NCBI GenBank assembly: GCA_963749085.1
Contig: CAVVLG010000003.1
Coordinates: 155,380 to 219,379, forward strand
Length of the DNA stretch: 64,000 nucleotides
Direction: 5' to 3'
Source: Candidatus Adlerbacteria bacterium
Lineage (GTDB): Bacteria > Patescibacteriota > Minisyncoccia > Phycocordibacterales > SBAW01
Shown: positions 18,789 through 28,080 of the stretch, piece after piece
How the letters are laid out: each line of letters begins with the position of its first letter
How positions within the stretch are numbered: the stretch's first letter is position 1
The notes under the pieces: model-generated
The model's database searches: none
Told to the model about the DNA's origin: nothing
What the model saw: only the letters and a program-made list of their open reading frames with translations
Program-made: the position numbers and the translations under genes

Positions 18789-18812
18789 TAGACCTTCAGA
18801 TCTAAAGAACAC

Positions 18813-18836
18813 AAACCCCCCCGATCGGGGGGGTTT
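18813..18836. terminator. Bidirectional intrinsic terminator (perfect palindrome aaaccccccc-gatc-gggggggttt)
   Basis: Between convergent genes 18234-18788 (+) and 18839-19798 (-). Confidence 0.75.
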
Positions 18837-18838
18837 GT

Positions 18839-19798
18839 TTAGCGCCACATAACGGAGAAGGAGAAGGTGGTCACAAAGCCCGAAGGAAAAAATTCATAGA
18901 AACGACCCCTGCCGCGGCGGCCGATAGTAATAGTTATCGGTATCGAAGTTACACCCGTGGAGGTCGCGGTCTGCAGCACGTGCCAGCGGTGACCAAAACC
19001 TTGGATGGCAGTGACGCTGGCCGAAGCATTGGTGCGTGTGACCGTAAAGGACGCCCCATCGCCTCCTAAGGTCGAGACGGTCGCAAGCGCCTCACCCTGC
19101 CCATTTATCATCTGAAGCGGCTGCGCACCCGATTGCGAGATGTCTTCCTCCTGACCATTTACCACCGAGGAGCCGTTACTGAAAGAAACGCTACCGAAAG
19201 AATCGAGTGGTAGGAAGGTACTGTTGCCGTTACTCACCATTTCTTCAACCCATTCGGCCGAGGACAACGATGAGTCGTACGTAAGCGTCGTTTGATAGCT
19301 CTGTCCAGTCGACGTATCTTTTATAGTGACCAGCCATTCGTTCGGTGACTCCTCACTCACGCTCGCGGTCACCGAATCACCGCTTTGGACGGAGAGCGGG
19401 ACTGTTTGCGAAAAGCCGGGAAGCGTCTCCACCCACGCGTTGTAGGTGATGGTCCCGTCTTCAACGACCGCCTGCGTGCCTGCCTGGATGAGGTCGGTGG
19501 TTTTGACACCGCCGATACCGATCCAGGTTGCGTCGGCGGTGCTAGAGGTTCCATCCAAAACGGTCGGCACCACCCATGAACCGATGACTGAGGTGTAGGT
19601 GCCTTGCTCGGTTACATAGCCGGACCAGTTGAGCGAAGCATCACCTTGCGGGACGTTCAATTGTTGAGCGTGTGAGAGCGTTTGTGCATAGACAGGCTGC
19701 GTTATAAGCAAACCCGCGAGTAAGAATAGAATGACAAAGAGGTTTTTTAGATATCGCATACTATCGTAGACAGTTAGGTTCATACCATACTTACGCAA
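18839..19798 (-). CDS. Secreted protein resembling peptidase G1 (eqolisin / scytalidoglutamic peptidase) family
   Basis: Signal peptide; NWSGY, GSWVVP, WIGIGG..Q and AEWVEE motifs reminiscent of G1 catalytic Gln/Glu context; family call tentative. Confidence 0.4.
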   Translation of the reverse strand: MRKYGMNLTVYDSMRYLKNLFVILFLLAGLLITQPVYAQTLSHAQQLNVPQGDASLNWSGYVTEQGTYTSVIGSWVVPTVLDGTSSTADATWIGIGGVKTTDLIQAGTQAVVEDGTITYNAWVETLPGFSQTVPLSVQSGDSVTASVSEESPNEWLVTIKDTSTGQSYQTTLTYDSSLSSAEWVEEMVSNGNSTFLPLDSFGSVSFSNGSSVVNGQEEDISQSGAQPLQMINGQGEALATVSTLGGDGASFTVTRTNASASVTAIQGFGHRWHVLQTATSTGVTSIPITITIGRRGRGRFYEFFPSGFVTTFSFSVMWR

Positions 19799-19899
19799 AC
19801 AACCGCATAAGCGGTCTTTTTTAATTCATATTCATAACATTTACAGAATTGAAATCCATTGTAATATAGAGTTAGCTGAACCGTGTGGAGGAAAGAACA

Positions 19900-20079
19900 A
19901 TGTCGTTTGCAGCGCACTTTTTTGAAATGTTGTTAGGAACCCGTGAAAAACGCGCCTCAATCCCAGATCGGCGCAACTTCGGTCTACCGACGAACGAAAG
20001 CAAGCTCGACAAAGTCCCGAGTATCCAGAGTGTCGAGCACGAGAAACATCTCGCCGCCCTTGAGAACCAAAATCGATAA
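19900..20079 (+). CDS. Small hypothetical protein (59 aa) upstream of infC
   Basis: GGAGGA RBS 7 nt upstream of ATG; followed by intrinsic terminator 20099-20131. Confidence 0.3.
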   Translation: MSFAAHFFEMLLGTREKRASIPDRRNFGLPTNESKLDKVPSIQSVEHEKHLAALENQNR

Positions 20080-20098
20080 CATAACCAGTTCCAGGGAG

Positions 20099-20131
20099 AG
20101 CCCCAATTCCCAACGGGGCTTTTCTTTTTTC
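20099..20131 (+). terminator. Rho-independent terminator
   Basis: agcccc...ggggct plus T-run. Confidence 0.6.
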
Positions 20132-20142
20132 TGATTGTCTTT

Positions 20143-20694
20143 TTGGGGCTGTGTGATACACTTCTAAGCAACAAGACCACTTTGGATACACGCATTAATC
20201 ATCAGATACGCGCGGCGACGGTCCGCGTCATAGGACCCGAAGGGGAGAATGTTGGGGTTGTTCCTCTGTCGGAGGCAATAGCGAAGGCACAAGAGTATGG
20301 GCTCGATCTTATTGAGATATCACCCAACGCTGTCCCGCCTGTTGCAAAAATAATGGAGTATGGTAAATTCCATTACGAACAGGAGAAAAAACGCCGTGAT
20401 ATAAAGGCGAAGTCGCATACGACCGAGACGAAATCCGTACAGGTCAAAATTGGCACGGGCGACCATGACATGCAGCTTAAAGCCAAAAAGGCGGCCGAGT
20501 GGCTCGCCGAAGGGCACCGAGTAAAAGTCGACCTGTTCTTGTGGGGACGTTATAAATACATGGAGTTTGGCTTTCTCAAGGAGCGACTCGAACGCTTCCT
20601 AAAATTGATACCGCATGAATACAAGCTCGCCGAACCGATAGCAAAGAGTCCCAAAGGACTCGCGACCGTGCTGGAGCGTGTTGGGAAAAAATAG
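20143..20694 (+). CDS. infC: Translation initiation factor IF-3
   Basis: INHQIRAATVRVIGPEGE...VKIGTGDHDM IF-3 N and C domains; frame opens with TTG at 20143, non-ATG start (ATT/ATA near 20190) also possible. Confidence 0.85.
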   Translation: MGLCDTLLSNKTTLDTRINHQIRAATVRVIGPEGENVGVVPLSEAIAKAQEYGLDLIEISPNAVPPVAKIMEYGKFHYEQEKKRRDIKAKSHTTETKSVQVKIGTGDHDMQLKAKKAAEWLAEGHRVKVDLFLWGRYKYMEFGFLKERLERFLKLIPHEYKLAEPIAKSPKGLATVLERVGKK

Positions 20695-20695
20695 C

Positions 20696-20896
20696 ATGAA
20701 AACGAATAAATCATTCACCAAGAGGCTCAAAATCACCCGCAACGGGAAGCTTGTCGCGCGCAAGCCGGGACAGAATCATTTCAATGCGAAAGAGAGCCGC
20801 AACAAGCAGATGAATAACCGCCGTACACAGCCGTTCAACTTGAGCAAAAAAATGTCTCAGATTTACATCACGACCGCTTCAAAAGCGAAGAATTAA
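20696..20896 (+). CDS. rpmI: 50S ribosomal protein L35
   Basis: MKTNKSFTKRLKITRNGKL. Confidence 0.8.
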   Translation: MKTNKSFTKRLKITRNGKLVARKPGQNHFNAKESRNKQMNNRRTQPFNLSKKMSQIYITTASKAKN

Positions 20897-20899
20897 TAT

Positions 20900-21268
20900 A
20901 TGGTTAGAGTTAAAGGGGGAACAACTTCCAATAAGCACCGGAAAAATATCTTGGCTATGACCAAGGGCTATCGTTTCAGCCGCTCAACCAAAAAGCGGGC
21001 GGCGCGCGAAGCGATATTCCATGCCGGTAAATACGCTTTTGCCCACCGCCGGGACAAAAAGAACGATTTCCGCAAATTGTGGAACGTCCGCATAAACGCC
21101 GGACTCGATGTGCTCGCGGTCAAGGGCTTAAACGGCAAAGAACTTTCCTACAGCCGACTCATCGACGGGCTCAAAAAAAAGAAAATTTTTATAAACCGCA
21201 AAATGCTCGCGACGCTGGCCGAGAAAAATCCGGAAACGTTCGCAAGAATAATAAAACAGGTCGCGTAA
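20900..21268 (+). CDS. rplT: 50S ribosomal protein L20
   Basis: MVRVKGGTTSNKHRKNIL...; infC-rpmI-rplT order. Confidence 0.85.
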   Translation: MVRVKGGTTSNKHRKNILAMTKGYRFSRSTKKRAAREAIFHAGKYAFAHRRDKKNDFRKLWNVRINAGLDVLAVKGLNGKELSYSRLIDGLKKKKIFINRKMLATLAEKNPETFARIIKQVA

Positions 21269-21286
21269 AGATCCTCTCTGATAGCT

Positions 21287-21892
21287 TTACGCCGAATCGG
21301 TGTTTTGGAATCTGAAAGAAGCTCGGTTAATCTGGTCTTTTTTCACCATATCGATCACCTGCCCAACTAAGACTTTCGGATCATCTCCGAAAATAATATG
21401 ATCATTGGGACGATGACCGTTGGTGAGAATCAGTTTTATTTCCTCCGCGGTCGGCCAATTACCCTCATAAATGCCAATAGGTTTGTTGTCTTCAAATGCG
21501 ACCGTGAATTCGTGTATGGTGCCAATGCGTCCGCAGCCGAAGAACATGCCGTCAACCGATCGGGTGAAGATGAGGTCGCGTCCTGGATAGCCAAACCCCG
21601 TGTAAATGAGGATGTCGTGATATTCGATCGGTAGGTTATACGTTTCAATATGTTCCTTTTCGGAGCTTGCGGGAGAAAACCCGACTACGAATCCGCCTGC
21701 TTCCTTGGCACCCATCGCCACCCATAGAGGAAAGCCGGTAGTGGCGCCCGTGACGCACATGGCTCCCGCTTTTGCAATTTCCCTGCCGAGTGCTAGGCCC
21801 TTGTCGTACGCATTGGCGCCGCAATGACCCGTCTCCGCAGCCCCCGATATCCCCAATTTCAGGTGGAGGTGTTCGTTCTGTATAGCAACCAT
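21287..21892 (-). CDS. LOG/TIGR00725-like Rossmann-fold nucleotide-binding protein
   Basis: GxSGAAETG...PGGxGTxxE-like SLOG signatures. Confidence 0.45.
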   Translation of the reverse strand: MVAIQNEHLHLKLGISGAAETGHCGANAYDKGLALGREIAKAGAMCVTGATTGFPLWVAMGAKEAGGFVVGFSPASSEKEHIETYNLPIEYHDILIYTGFGYPGRDLIFTRSVDGMFFGCGRIGTIHEFTVAFEDNKPIGIYEGNWPTAEEIKLILTNGHRPNDHIIFGDDPKVLVGQVIDMVKKDQINRASFRFQNTDSA

Positions 21893-21904
21893 CTTTTCAT
21901 TCTA

Positions 21905-23272
21905 CTACAAATCGATAGACGCTTTCTCCCCTACTTCGGGCGCAATTGCTTTGATGCCGAGATAATCGCGTATCCGCTGCACCAGAGTTAAGGAAGCTGC
22001 AGGTTCTCCCATAACGACAAATACTTCCTTGAGCGGACCCCCTATTTTATTGACGAACTCCACGAGCTGCTCGCCGTCCATATGGGCGGAATACGCATAA
22101 ATCGCTTCAACACGGCAGTGGACGCTTAGTTTTTTACCTTCTATCTGCACTGTTTTTAATCCTTCGATTAAACGTCGACCTAGACTCCCCGCTGCTTGGT
22201 ATCCAACGATAAGCAGGGTTGATGTTTCGTCCGGCAGTACGTGCGTCTCGTGCTCCCGTACGCGGCCGCCGTTGCTCATGCCAGAACCCGCGATAATTAT
22301 TTTCGGCGAGGCAGCAGAATCCGCTTTGCGGGAATCTTCAACGGTGGGAACAAAGTGAAGCTCTGGAAATGCGAAGATATTCTCTCCGGCTTCGATTCGC
22401 GTACGGATGGTCTCGTTGAAATACTTCGGATACGCGAGGAACGACTGGGTTATTTTATCCGCAAGCGGCGAGTCTATATAGACCGGCATGGAAGGCACTT
22501 TTTTCTGCATTATGAGTTCACGTACTTCAAACAGGAGATCCTGCGTGCGCTCGTTTGAAAACGCGGGGATCAGCAAGGTCCCTCCGCGCGTTGCCGTATC
22601 TTCGATGATATCCTCCAGCGCCTCGCGGCGATGTTCTTTTTCGGGTTGTATGCGGTCGCCATATACGCTCTCCATCACTAAATACTCAATGCCCGCAGGA
22701 TTTTCGGACTCCTGAAGAAGCGGGGAATTGCCGCCGCCTAAATCGCCCGTGAATACAATGCTTTTATCCGCGCGAGTTATTTTAACCATAGCCGAGCCCA
22801 GAATATGTCCGGAATTGAGGAACTCAACGCTACACTCATCGACCAGCGGCATTTTTTGGTGATAGGAATGGCCTTCCCATAAGCGCATCGCGGCGGCAAT
22901 ATCCTCTTCGGTATACAACACCTCGGTGTTGCAGCGACGTGCTTCCTGCAGAAGTATTTCCATGCTGTCGAGAAGAAGCGGTCCGCTTATAGCTTTGGTC
23001 GCATCCGTCGATAGTATCCTGCCGTGAAAACCTCTTTTGACCAGAAGCGGAATGCGTCCAACGTGATCGATGTGCGCGTGCGTGACCAACAGGAATGAGA
23101 TATCTTTCGGCTCAAAGGGAAACGGATTCCAATTGGTGTCCTCACAGGTATGCTCGCCTTGCGTAAGCCCGCAGTCTACCAACAATTTCGTGCCACCGGT
23201 GTCGAGTAAAAAATTCGAGCCCGTCACCGAGCCCGCTCCGCCGTAAAAATACACGGTCGATTGCTTCTGCAT
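21905..23272 (-). CDS. MBL-fold beta-CASP ribonuclease (RNase J/CPSF-like)
   Basis: HAHIDHVGRIP metallo-beta-lactamase motif followed by beta-CASP region. Confidence 0.7.
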   Translation of the reverse strand: MQKQSTVYFYGGAGSVTGSNFLLDTGGTKLLVDCGLTQGEHTCEDTNWNPFPFEPKDISFLLVTHAHIDHVGRIPLLVKRGFHGRILSTDATKAISGPLLLDSMEILLQEARRCNTEVLYTEEDIAAAMRLWEGHSYHQKMPLVDECSVEFLNSGHILGSAMVKITRADKSIVFTGDLGGGNSPLLQESENPAGIEYLVMESVYGDRIQPEKEHRREALEDIIEDTATRGGTLLIPAFSNERTQDLLFEVRELIMQKKVPSMPVYIDSPLADKITQSFLAYPKYFNETIRTRIEAGENIFAFPELHFVPTVEDSRKADSAASPKIIIAGSGMSNGGRVREHETHVLPDETSTLLIVGYQAAGSLGRRLIEGLKTVQIEGKKLSVHCRVEAIYAYSAHMDGEQLVEFVNKIGGPLKEVFVVMGEPAASLTLVQRIRDYLGIKAIAPEVGEKASIDL

Positions 23273-23294
23273 AATAGAAGCATTGTAACAAAAA

Positions 23295-23465
23295 ATTCCA
23301 CCCTGCGGTGGAAGTTTTTGTTGGACTCCGGAAGCTCGTCCTGGTTTTCACCAGGTGGGTGCCCTGTGTGCGGCCTTTACGGTCGCCCAACTCCAAGCTC
23401 CCGATTGTGTGTTTAAGGACTTTGCTCCCGTAGTCCTTCCTCCATTATATCAAACTTTTTAGGAA
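23295..23465 (-). ncRNA. Candidate structured small RNA of unknown family, ending in intrinsic terminator
   Basis: 170-nt ORF-free gap between ndk and MBL nuclease gene with multiple hairpins (aaggact..agtcctt, ccuggugaaaaccagg) and ccaccgcagggtgg plus T6 terminator on minus strand. Confidence 0.2.
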
Positions 23466-23473
23466 CGCAAGTC

Positions 23474-24058
23474 CTACTCGTCTATCCCAAAACGCTTATA
23501 TTTAAATATCGTCTTTTTTCCGAACCAATGAGCTATTTCGTGCTTAGCCTCGGCCGAAGTTTCGCTCGCGTGAACCAAATTAAAGACTGCGCGACGTTCA
23601 ATATTGGCCGAGACCGCCGAGTCCACCGAGTAGTCCCCCCGCACGGTACCCATTTCGGCGAGGTTGGGCATCGTGGGGCCGACTATTTTGCGCACCATGT
23701 CAACCGAATGCACACCCTGGACGACCATGCGCACCATGGGAGCGGAGGACATAAAGTCCAGAAGCCAGCCGCGCACGGTTTTGCCTATTTTAATGAGGTC
23801 GCTCGTGCCAAAATCGTCTTTGACATTGTAGCCGTAGTGTACATAGTTGGCCATAGTTTTCTCACCAATGCGGCGCAACCATTTCTCGTCTTTCGGGTAA
23901 TGGCCGTCCATCTCTTTGCGCGAGGAGTGGAACATCTCAAGGGCCACGATTTTCAAATCGCGCTGCTCAAAGCGCTTGATTATCTCGCCGACGAGCCCTT
24001 TGCGCACGCCGTCGGGCTTGATCAAGACGAACGTCTTTTCTTCCTTCGGATTTTGCAT
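23474..24058 (-). CDS. ndk: Nucleoside diphosphate kinase (with insertion)
   Basis: FVLIKPDGV, NLVHASETSAEAKHEIAHWF. Confidence 0.8.
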   Translation of the reverse strand: MQNPKEEKTFVLIKPDGVRKGLVGEIIKRFEQRDLKIVALEMFHSSRKEMDGHYPKDEKWLRRIGEKTMANYVHYGYNVKDDFGTSDLIKIGKTVRGWLLDFMSSAPMVRMVVQGVHSVDMVRKIVGPTMPNLAEMGTVRGDYSVDSAVSANIERRAVFNLVHASETSAEAKHEIAHWFGKKTIFKYKRFGIDE

Positions 24059-24095
24059 CCCAGTACCTTACAATAATTCCATTAAAAACACAATA

Positions 24096-24854
24096 TTATT
24101 GCGTCAAAATTTCAGGACCATCCTTGGTAACCAAAATAGTGTGTTCGAAATGCGCCGCACGCGAGCCGTCTTTGGTGGCATAGGTAAACCCATCGTCTGT
24201 ATCCACCATGACGCCGGAGCGCTCGGCAAAAATCGGCTCTATGGCGATAACCAACCCTTCGACAATTTTTTCTCCTTCACCTTGGTTTCCAAAATTAGGA
24301 ACAAAGGGATCTTCGTGCACCGCGGCACCAACACCGTGGCCCCGTAAATCTTTAACGATCCCCAGCTTGTATTTTTTTGCTACTGCGGCAACCACAGCGC
24401 CAATGTCACCAATATAGCCACCGACGCGAGCAGCAGCAATACCTGTCCTGAGCGCTTCCTCAGTTCCGAGAAGTAAATTGCGGGCCTTGAGATCTATCTG
24501 CCCTACCGCAAGCGTGTGCGCGGTATCCATAAAAAATCCCTTGTATGATAGTCCGAAGTCAATCGAGACCACATCCCCTTCTCGCAAAATTTTTTGCGGA
24601 GTCGGGGGGCTGTGCGCGATATCGTTGTTTATAGAAACACACAGCGCTGCAGGGTATACGTTTCCTTCCTTAACCTTGTGTCCGAGATAGGAAGGGGTCG
24701 CTCCAAGTCGCGCAGTGGTGACACGCGCAGCAGCTTCGAGATCCATGGAAGATACATCGGGAGCGACGAGCTTCAGTACTTCGTGCACTACTTGTGCCAT
24801 GCGTTTGCCCGCCTCCCGCAAGTTTTTTATTTCTTCCTCAGTCTTTGCAATCAT
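24096..24854 (-). CDS. map: Methionine aminopeptidase type I
   Basis: GHGVGAAVHEDP, metal-binding D/H/E pattern. Confidence 0.9.
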   Translation of the reverse strand: MIAKTEEEIKNLREAGKRMAQVVHEVLKLVAPDVSSMDLEAAARVTTARLGATPSYLGHKVKEGNVYPAALCVSINNDIAHSPPTPQKILREGDVVSIDFGLSYKGFFMDTAHTLAVGQIDLKARNLLLGTEEALRTGIAAARVGGYIGDIGAVVAAVAKKYKLGIVKDLRGHGVGAAVHEDPFVPNFGNQGEGEKIVEGLVIAIEPIFAERSGVMVDTDDGFTYATKDGSRAAHFEHTILVTKDGPEILTQ

Positions 24855-25423
24855 GACAGATCAAGCGCTTTGAGAATCTCTGAATGAACTGCTTCGATTG
24901 TTTGGTCGCCGTTAATGACAATGAGTTTACCCTCTTGTTTAAAATAGTGTACCGCTCTCAGTGTCAGGGTACGAAATTTTTCAAACCGCTCCGCGAGCGC
25001 TGCTTTCGCATCATCGGCACGTCCTTCTATCGCTTCGCGCTTATGGAGCCGCTTAGTGAGCGCCTCTTCGCTCGCTTCAAGATATAGTGCGACGTAGGGT
25101 CGCTCAAGCCACAAGGCTACTTCATGGAACCGTCGCGCTTCTTCCTCACTGCGACACGAACCCTCAAACACTATGTTGTCGGATGGTTCGAGGCCGATAA
25201 GAGCTTCTTCAAATAAGTATTGCGATACCCACACCGGCATGAGATCACCCGCCGTCATAACCGCTTTTGCCCGGTTGCCAAAATAGCTCCCCGTTGCAGC
25301 CATTTCGCGCAACCGTGCACCGGAGGAATACACCGTGCCGCCGATTCTATCCGCGAGCAGTTTGGCCTGGGTACCTTTGCCTGAACCCGGCGCTCCTATC
25401 ATCAAGAAGGTTTTTATTTCCAT
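24851..25423 (-). CDS. adk: Adenylate kinase
   Basis: GAPGSGKGTQA P-loop. Confidence 0.9.
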   Translation of the reverse strand: MEIKTFLMIGAPGSGKGTQAKLLADRIGGTVYSSGARLREMAATGSYFGNRAKAVMTAGDLMPVWVSQYLFEEALIGLEPSDNIVFEGSCRSEEEARRFHEVALWLERPYVALYLEASEEALTKRLHKREAIEGRADDAKAALAERFEKFRTLTLRAVHYFKQEGKLIVINGDQTIEAVHSEILKALDLS

Positions 25424-25426
25424 TCC

Positions 25427-26698
25427 TTAATACTCCCGTATAGAAATCTGCGCGTCAACGCGGCGCGAGAGATCCAAAATAACTGAAACGACGATGAGAA
25501 GCGCTGTGCCACCCAAGGTGAGCGACTGGATGCCGGTTACCGACTGCATGATTATTGGCAAGACCGCGATGATACCAAGAAAAAGTGCACCCACGAGTGT
25601 GATGCGGGTTATCACCTTGGCCAAATAATCCGAGGTCGAACCACCGGGACGCACGCCGGGAATAAAGGCGCCGTTCTTTTGGAGATTTTCGGAGATGCTG
25701 TGCGGATCGAAAGTCACCGCCGTATAGAAATAGGTGAAGAGGACGACGAGCACGAAGTAGAGCAAACCATAGATGCCGAGGTTCTGAAACCAGCTCAAAA
25801 TAGCGCCCGATATCGCGGCGAGGATATGGTTGCTTGAGGTCTGAAAGAACGTGGCAAACATCTGCGGTATAAGGAGAAACGACAACGCAAAGATAATCGG
25901 AATGACACCTGCCTGATTGAGTCGAAGCGGCAGATACGTCGAGGAGCCGCCGAAGAATTTCATCCCACGCACGCGCTTGGCATACGTCACTGGCACCGGA
26001 CGCTCAGCCTCCGAGATAATCACTACCGCAGCAACCACTGCGAATGCGGCGGCGATGAAACCTACATAAATCGGTATCTGGCTCGGCTCAAAGGAAAAGA
26101 GAAGCTGGGAAACGTTATTTGGCAGGCGTGCGACGATGCCCGCGAAAATGATGACGGATACTCCATTGCCAAGTCCGAACTCGGAAATAAGCTCGCCGAG
26201 CCACATGAGAAATATCGAGCCCGCGGTCACCACCACAATATTCACGCCGAGCTGAAAAGGCGTGAGCGACGTGATAATACCTTCGCGCTCAAGAATAAGT
26301 ATGAAACTGATACTCTGCACAATGGCGATTGGAAGCGCCAAGAGACGGGAGTACTGACTGAACTGCTTGCGACCGAGTTCCCCCTCTTCTTGATACAGGG
26401 CTTTCAGCCTCGGAACCATAATGGTCAGAAGCTGCATGACGATGGAGGCAGTAATGTAGGGTCCTACGCCGAGGAGCACTATCGAGAGGTTGGAGAGCCC
26501 GCCACCGGAGAAAAGATTGAGGAGTCCGAAGAATTGATTATTATTGAAAAACAGCTGCAGCTGTGTCGCGTTGATGCCCGGTATCGGAATTGACGCCAAC
26601 ACGCGGAAGACCGCAAGTACGCCGAGCACGAAGAGAAGACGGTTGCGCAATGAAGCGTCCGAAATGAGGAGCGTGAATTTTTGAATAAAGGTATTCAT
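25427..26698 (-). CDS. secY: Preprotein translocase SecY
   Basis: 10-TM SecY profile. Confidence 0.9.
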   Translation of the reverse strand: MNTFIQKFTLLISDASLRNRLLFVLGVLAVFRVLASIPIPGINATQLQLFFNNNQFFGLLNLFSGGGLSNLSIVLLGVGPYITASIVMQLLTIMVPRLKALYQEEGELGRKQFSQYSRLLALPIAIVQSISFILILEREGIITSLTPFQLGVNIVVVTAGSIFLMWLGELISEFGLGNGVSVIIFAGIVARLPNNVSQLLFSFEPSQIPIYVGFIAAAFAVVAAVVIISEAERPVPVTYAKRVRGMKFFGGSSTYLPLRLNQAGVIPIIFALSFLLIPQMFATFFQTSSNHILAAISGAILSWFQNLGIYGLLYFVLVVLFTYFYTAVTFDPHSISENLQKNGAFIPGVRPGGSTSDYLAKVITRITLVGALFLGIIAVLPIIMQSVTGIQSLTLGGTALLIVVSVILDLSRRVDAQISIREY

Positions 26699-26701
26699 CG
26701 C

Positions 26702-27148
26702 TTACGCTATGGTGCCGCCCGCTTTTTCTATCTTCTCTTTCGCGCTTTTGGAAACGACACAACCAGAAACAGTGAACTTTTTGGTGAGCTCTCCGTCGCC
26801 GAGTATTTTGACCACCGGACTTTTCGACGCGTGTTTGCGCATGCGGATAAGACCGCGCTCAACGAGCATCTTCGGATTGACCGTATCGCCCGGCGCAAAC
26901 GCCATTTCAAGGGAGGAGAGATTCACGACCAAGGGTTTTGCCTGGATGCTGATAAGCCCGCCCACGCCTCGGCCGCGCAATTTTGGAATTTTCTTTATTT
27001 GCTCGCGAATATTCGGCCATATTTTGTGTCCCGCGCGCGCCTTTTGCCCCTTGGTGCCGCGGCCGGCAGTCTTGCCGCGCAACCCGCCGCGACCGACGCG
27101 TTTTTCGCTTTTTCGGGGAGTTTTTCGTTGTAGTTGGTTGAGTTGCAT
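26702..27148 (-). CDS. rplO: 50S ribosomal protein L15
   Basis: KRVGRGGLRGKTAGRG. Confidence 0.85.
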   Translation of the reverse strand: MQLNQLQRKTPRKSEKRVGRGGLRGKTAGRGTKGQKARAGHKIWPNIREQIKKIPKLRGRGVGGLISIQAKPLVVNLSSLEMAFAPGDTVNPKMLVERGLIRMRKHASKSPVVKILGDGELTKKFTVSGCVVSKSAKEKIEKAGGTIA

Positions 27149-27153
27149 AAAGT

Positions 27154-27768
27154 TTAAGCTTTAAGTTTTTTGAGCGCTTCAATGGCGGCGTGCGCATTGT
27201 TGAGACCGTTCTTGCTCCCGGAATGGACTTTGGCGACCGTATTGGTGATGCCCGCAAGCTCCAACACGGGGCGCACGGAAGAACCGGCGACCAGGCCGCG
27301 ACCGTGAGCGGGCATCAGCGACACGCGCGAAGCGCAGTACTTGGCGGAGACCTCGTGCGCTATGGAGGAATCCTTGGTGAGGACAATCGTCAGCAAATTC
27401 TTTTTGGCGTCGCGTACCGCTTTGTCAATCGCAAGCGTCGTGTCCCCCGCCTTACCGAGACCCACGCCGACCTTCCCCTTTTTATTGCCCAGTATGAGTG
27501 CGACCGAGAAAGAGAAGCGTCGTCCGCCGGCCACGACGCGCGCCACGCGGCGGATAGTGATGAGCGACTGGTCAAATTCGCTTTTGCGCTCGGTGCGCCG
27601 ACCCGCGTTCCCGCGGCCTCCACGTCCGCGGCGCTCGCCACGTCCACGGCGATCCCGAGTCCGTCCCGCAGGGGCGTCGGCGGGCACGGGAATATCTGCG
27701 ACGACTTCCTCAATCACTTCAGGCACCTCGGGCTCCACTATTATGTTTTCTTGTATTTCGTCAGCCAT
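27154..27768 (-). CDS. rpsE: 30S ribosomal protein S5 with about 60-aa Arg/Gly-rich N-terminal extension
   Basis: ITIRRVARVVAGGRRFSF S5 core; no L30 gene between rpsE and rplO. Confidence 0.85.
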   Translation of the reverse strand: MADEIQENIIVEPEVPEVIEEVVADIPVPADAPAGRTRDRRGRGERRGRGGRGNAGRRTERKSEFDQSLITIRRVARVVAGGRRFSFSVALILGNKKGKVGVGLGKAGDTTLAIDKAVRDAKKNLLTIVLTKDSSIAHEVSAKYCASRVSLMPAHGRGLVAGSSVRPVLELAGITNTVAKVHSGSKNGLNNAHAAIEALKKLKA

Positions 27769-27773
27769 ATATA

Positions 27774-28076
27774 TTAAAAAATGAGGCCTCCTCCACGCGC
27801 CGCCTGCGCCAAGGCCATAATTTGTCCAGTATAGCGAAAACCACCGCGGTCAAATACTACTTTCTTGATGCCTTTGGCTTGTGCGCGCTTGGCAAGATCG
27901 CTGCCCAATTGCTTTGCGTTGTCCATTTTACCTGACAGAAGTGTCTTGCCCGCCATATCGTCGATAAGTTGCGCTTCGAGGTAACGGTTCGATTTGTACA
28001 CGCACAATCGCGGGCGCTTTGCAGTTCCCTTTATTTTCGCGCGTATTCTATTGTGACGTCGTTCTCGGTTTTTCAT
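27774..28076 (-). CDS. rplR: 50S ribosomal protein L18
   Basis: RRHNRIRAKIKGTAKRPRL; start trimmed to avoid rplF overlap. Confidence 0.8.
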   Translation of the reverse strand: MKNRERRHNRIRAKIKGTAKRPRLCVYKSNRYLEAQLIDDMAGKTLLSGKMDNAKQLGSDLAKRAQAKGIKKVVFDRGGFRYTGQIMALAQAARGGGLIF

Positions 28077-28080
28077 ATGA

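Noticed and set aside
19843-19866. Hairpin accgcataagcggt plus T-run upstream of the G1-like gene start
   Set aside because: Its orientation (plus strand) has no upstream plus-strand gene to terminate. It is noted but not called.
23295-23465. Identification of the intergenic RNA candidate as SRP (4.5S) RNA
   Set aside because: CCGGAAG and ACCAGG elements are present, but their order and context do not match the conserved helix-8 consensus (GGUCCGGAAGGAAGCAGCC). It is left as an unknown family.
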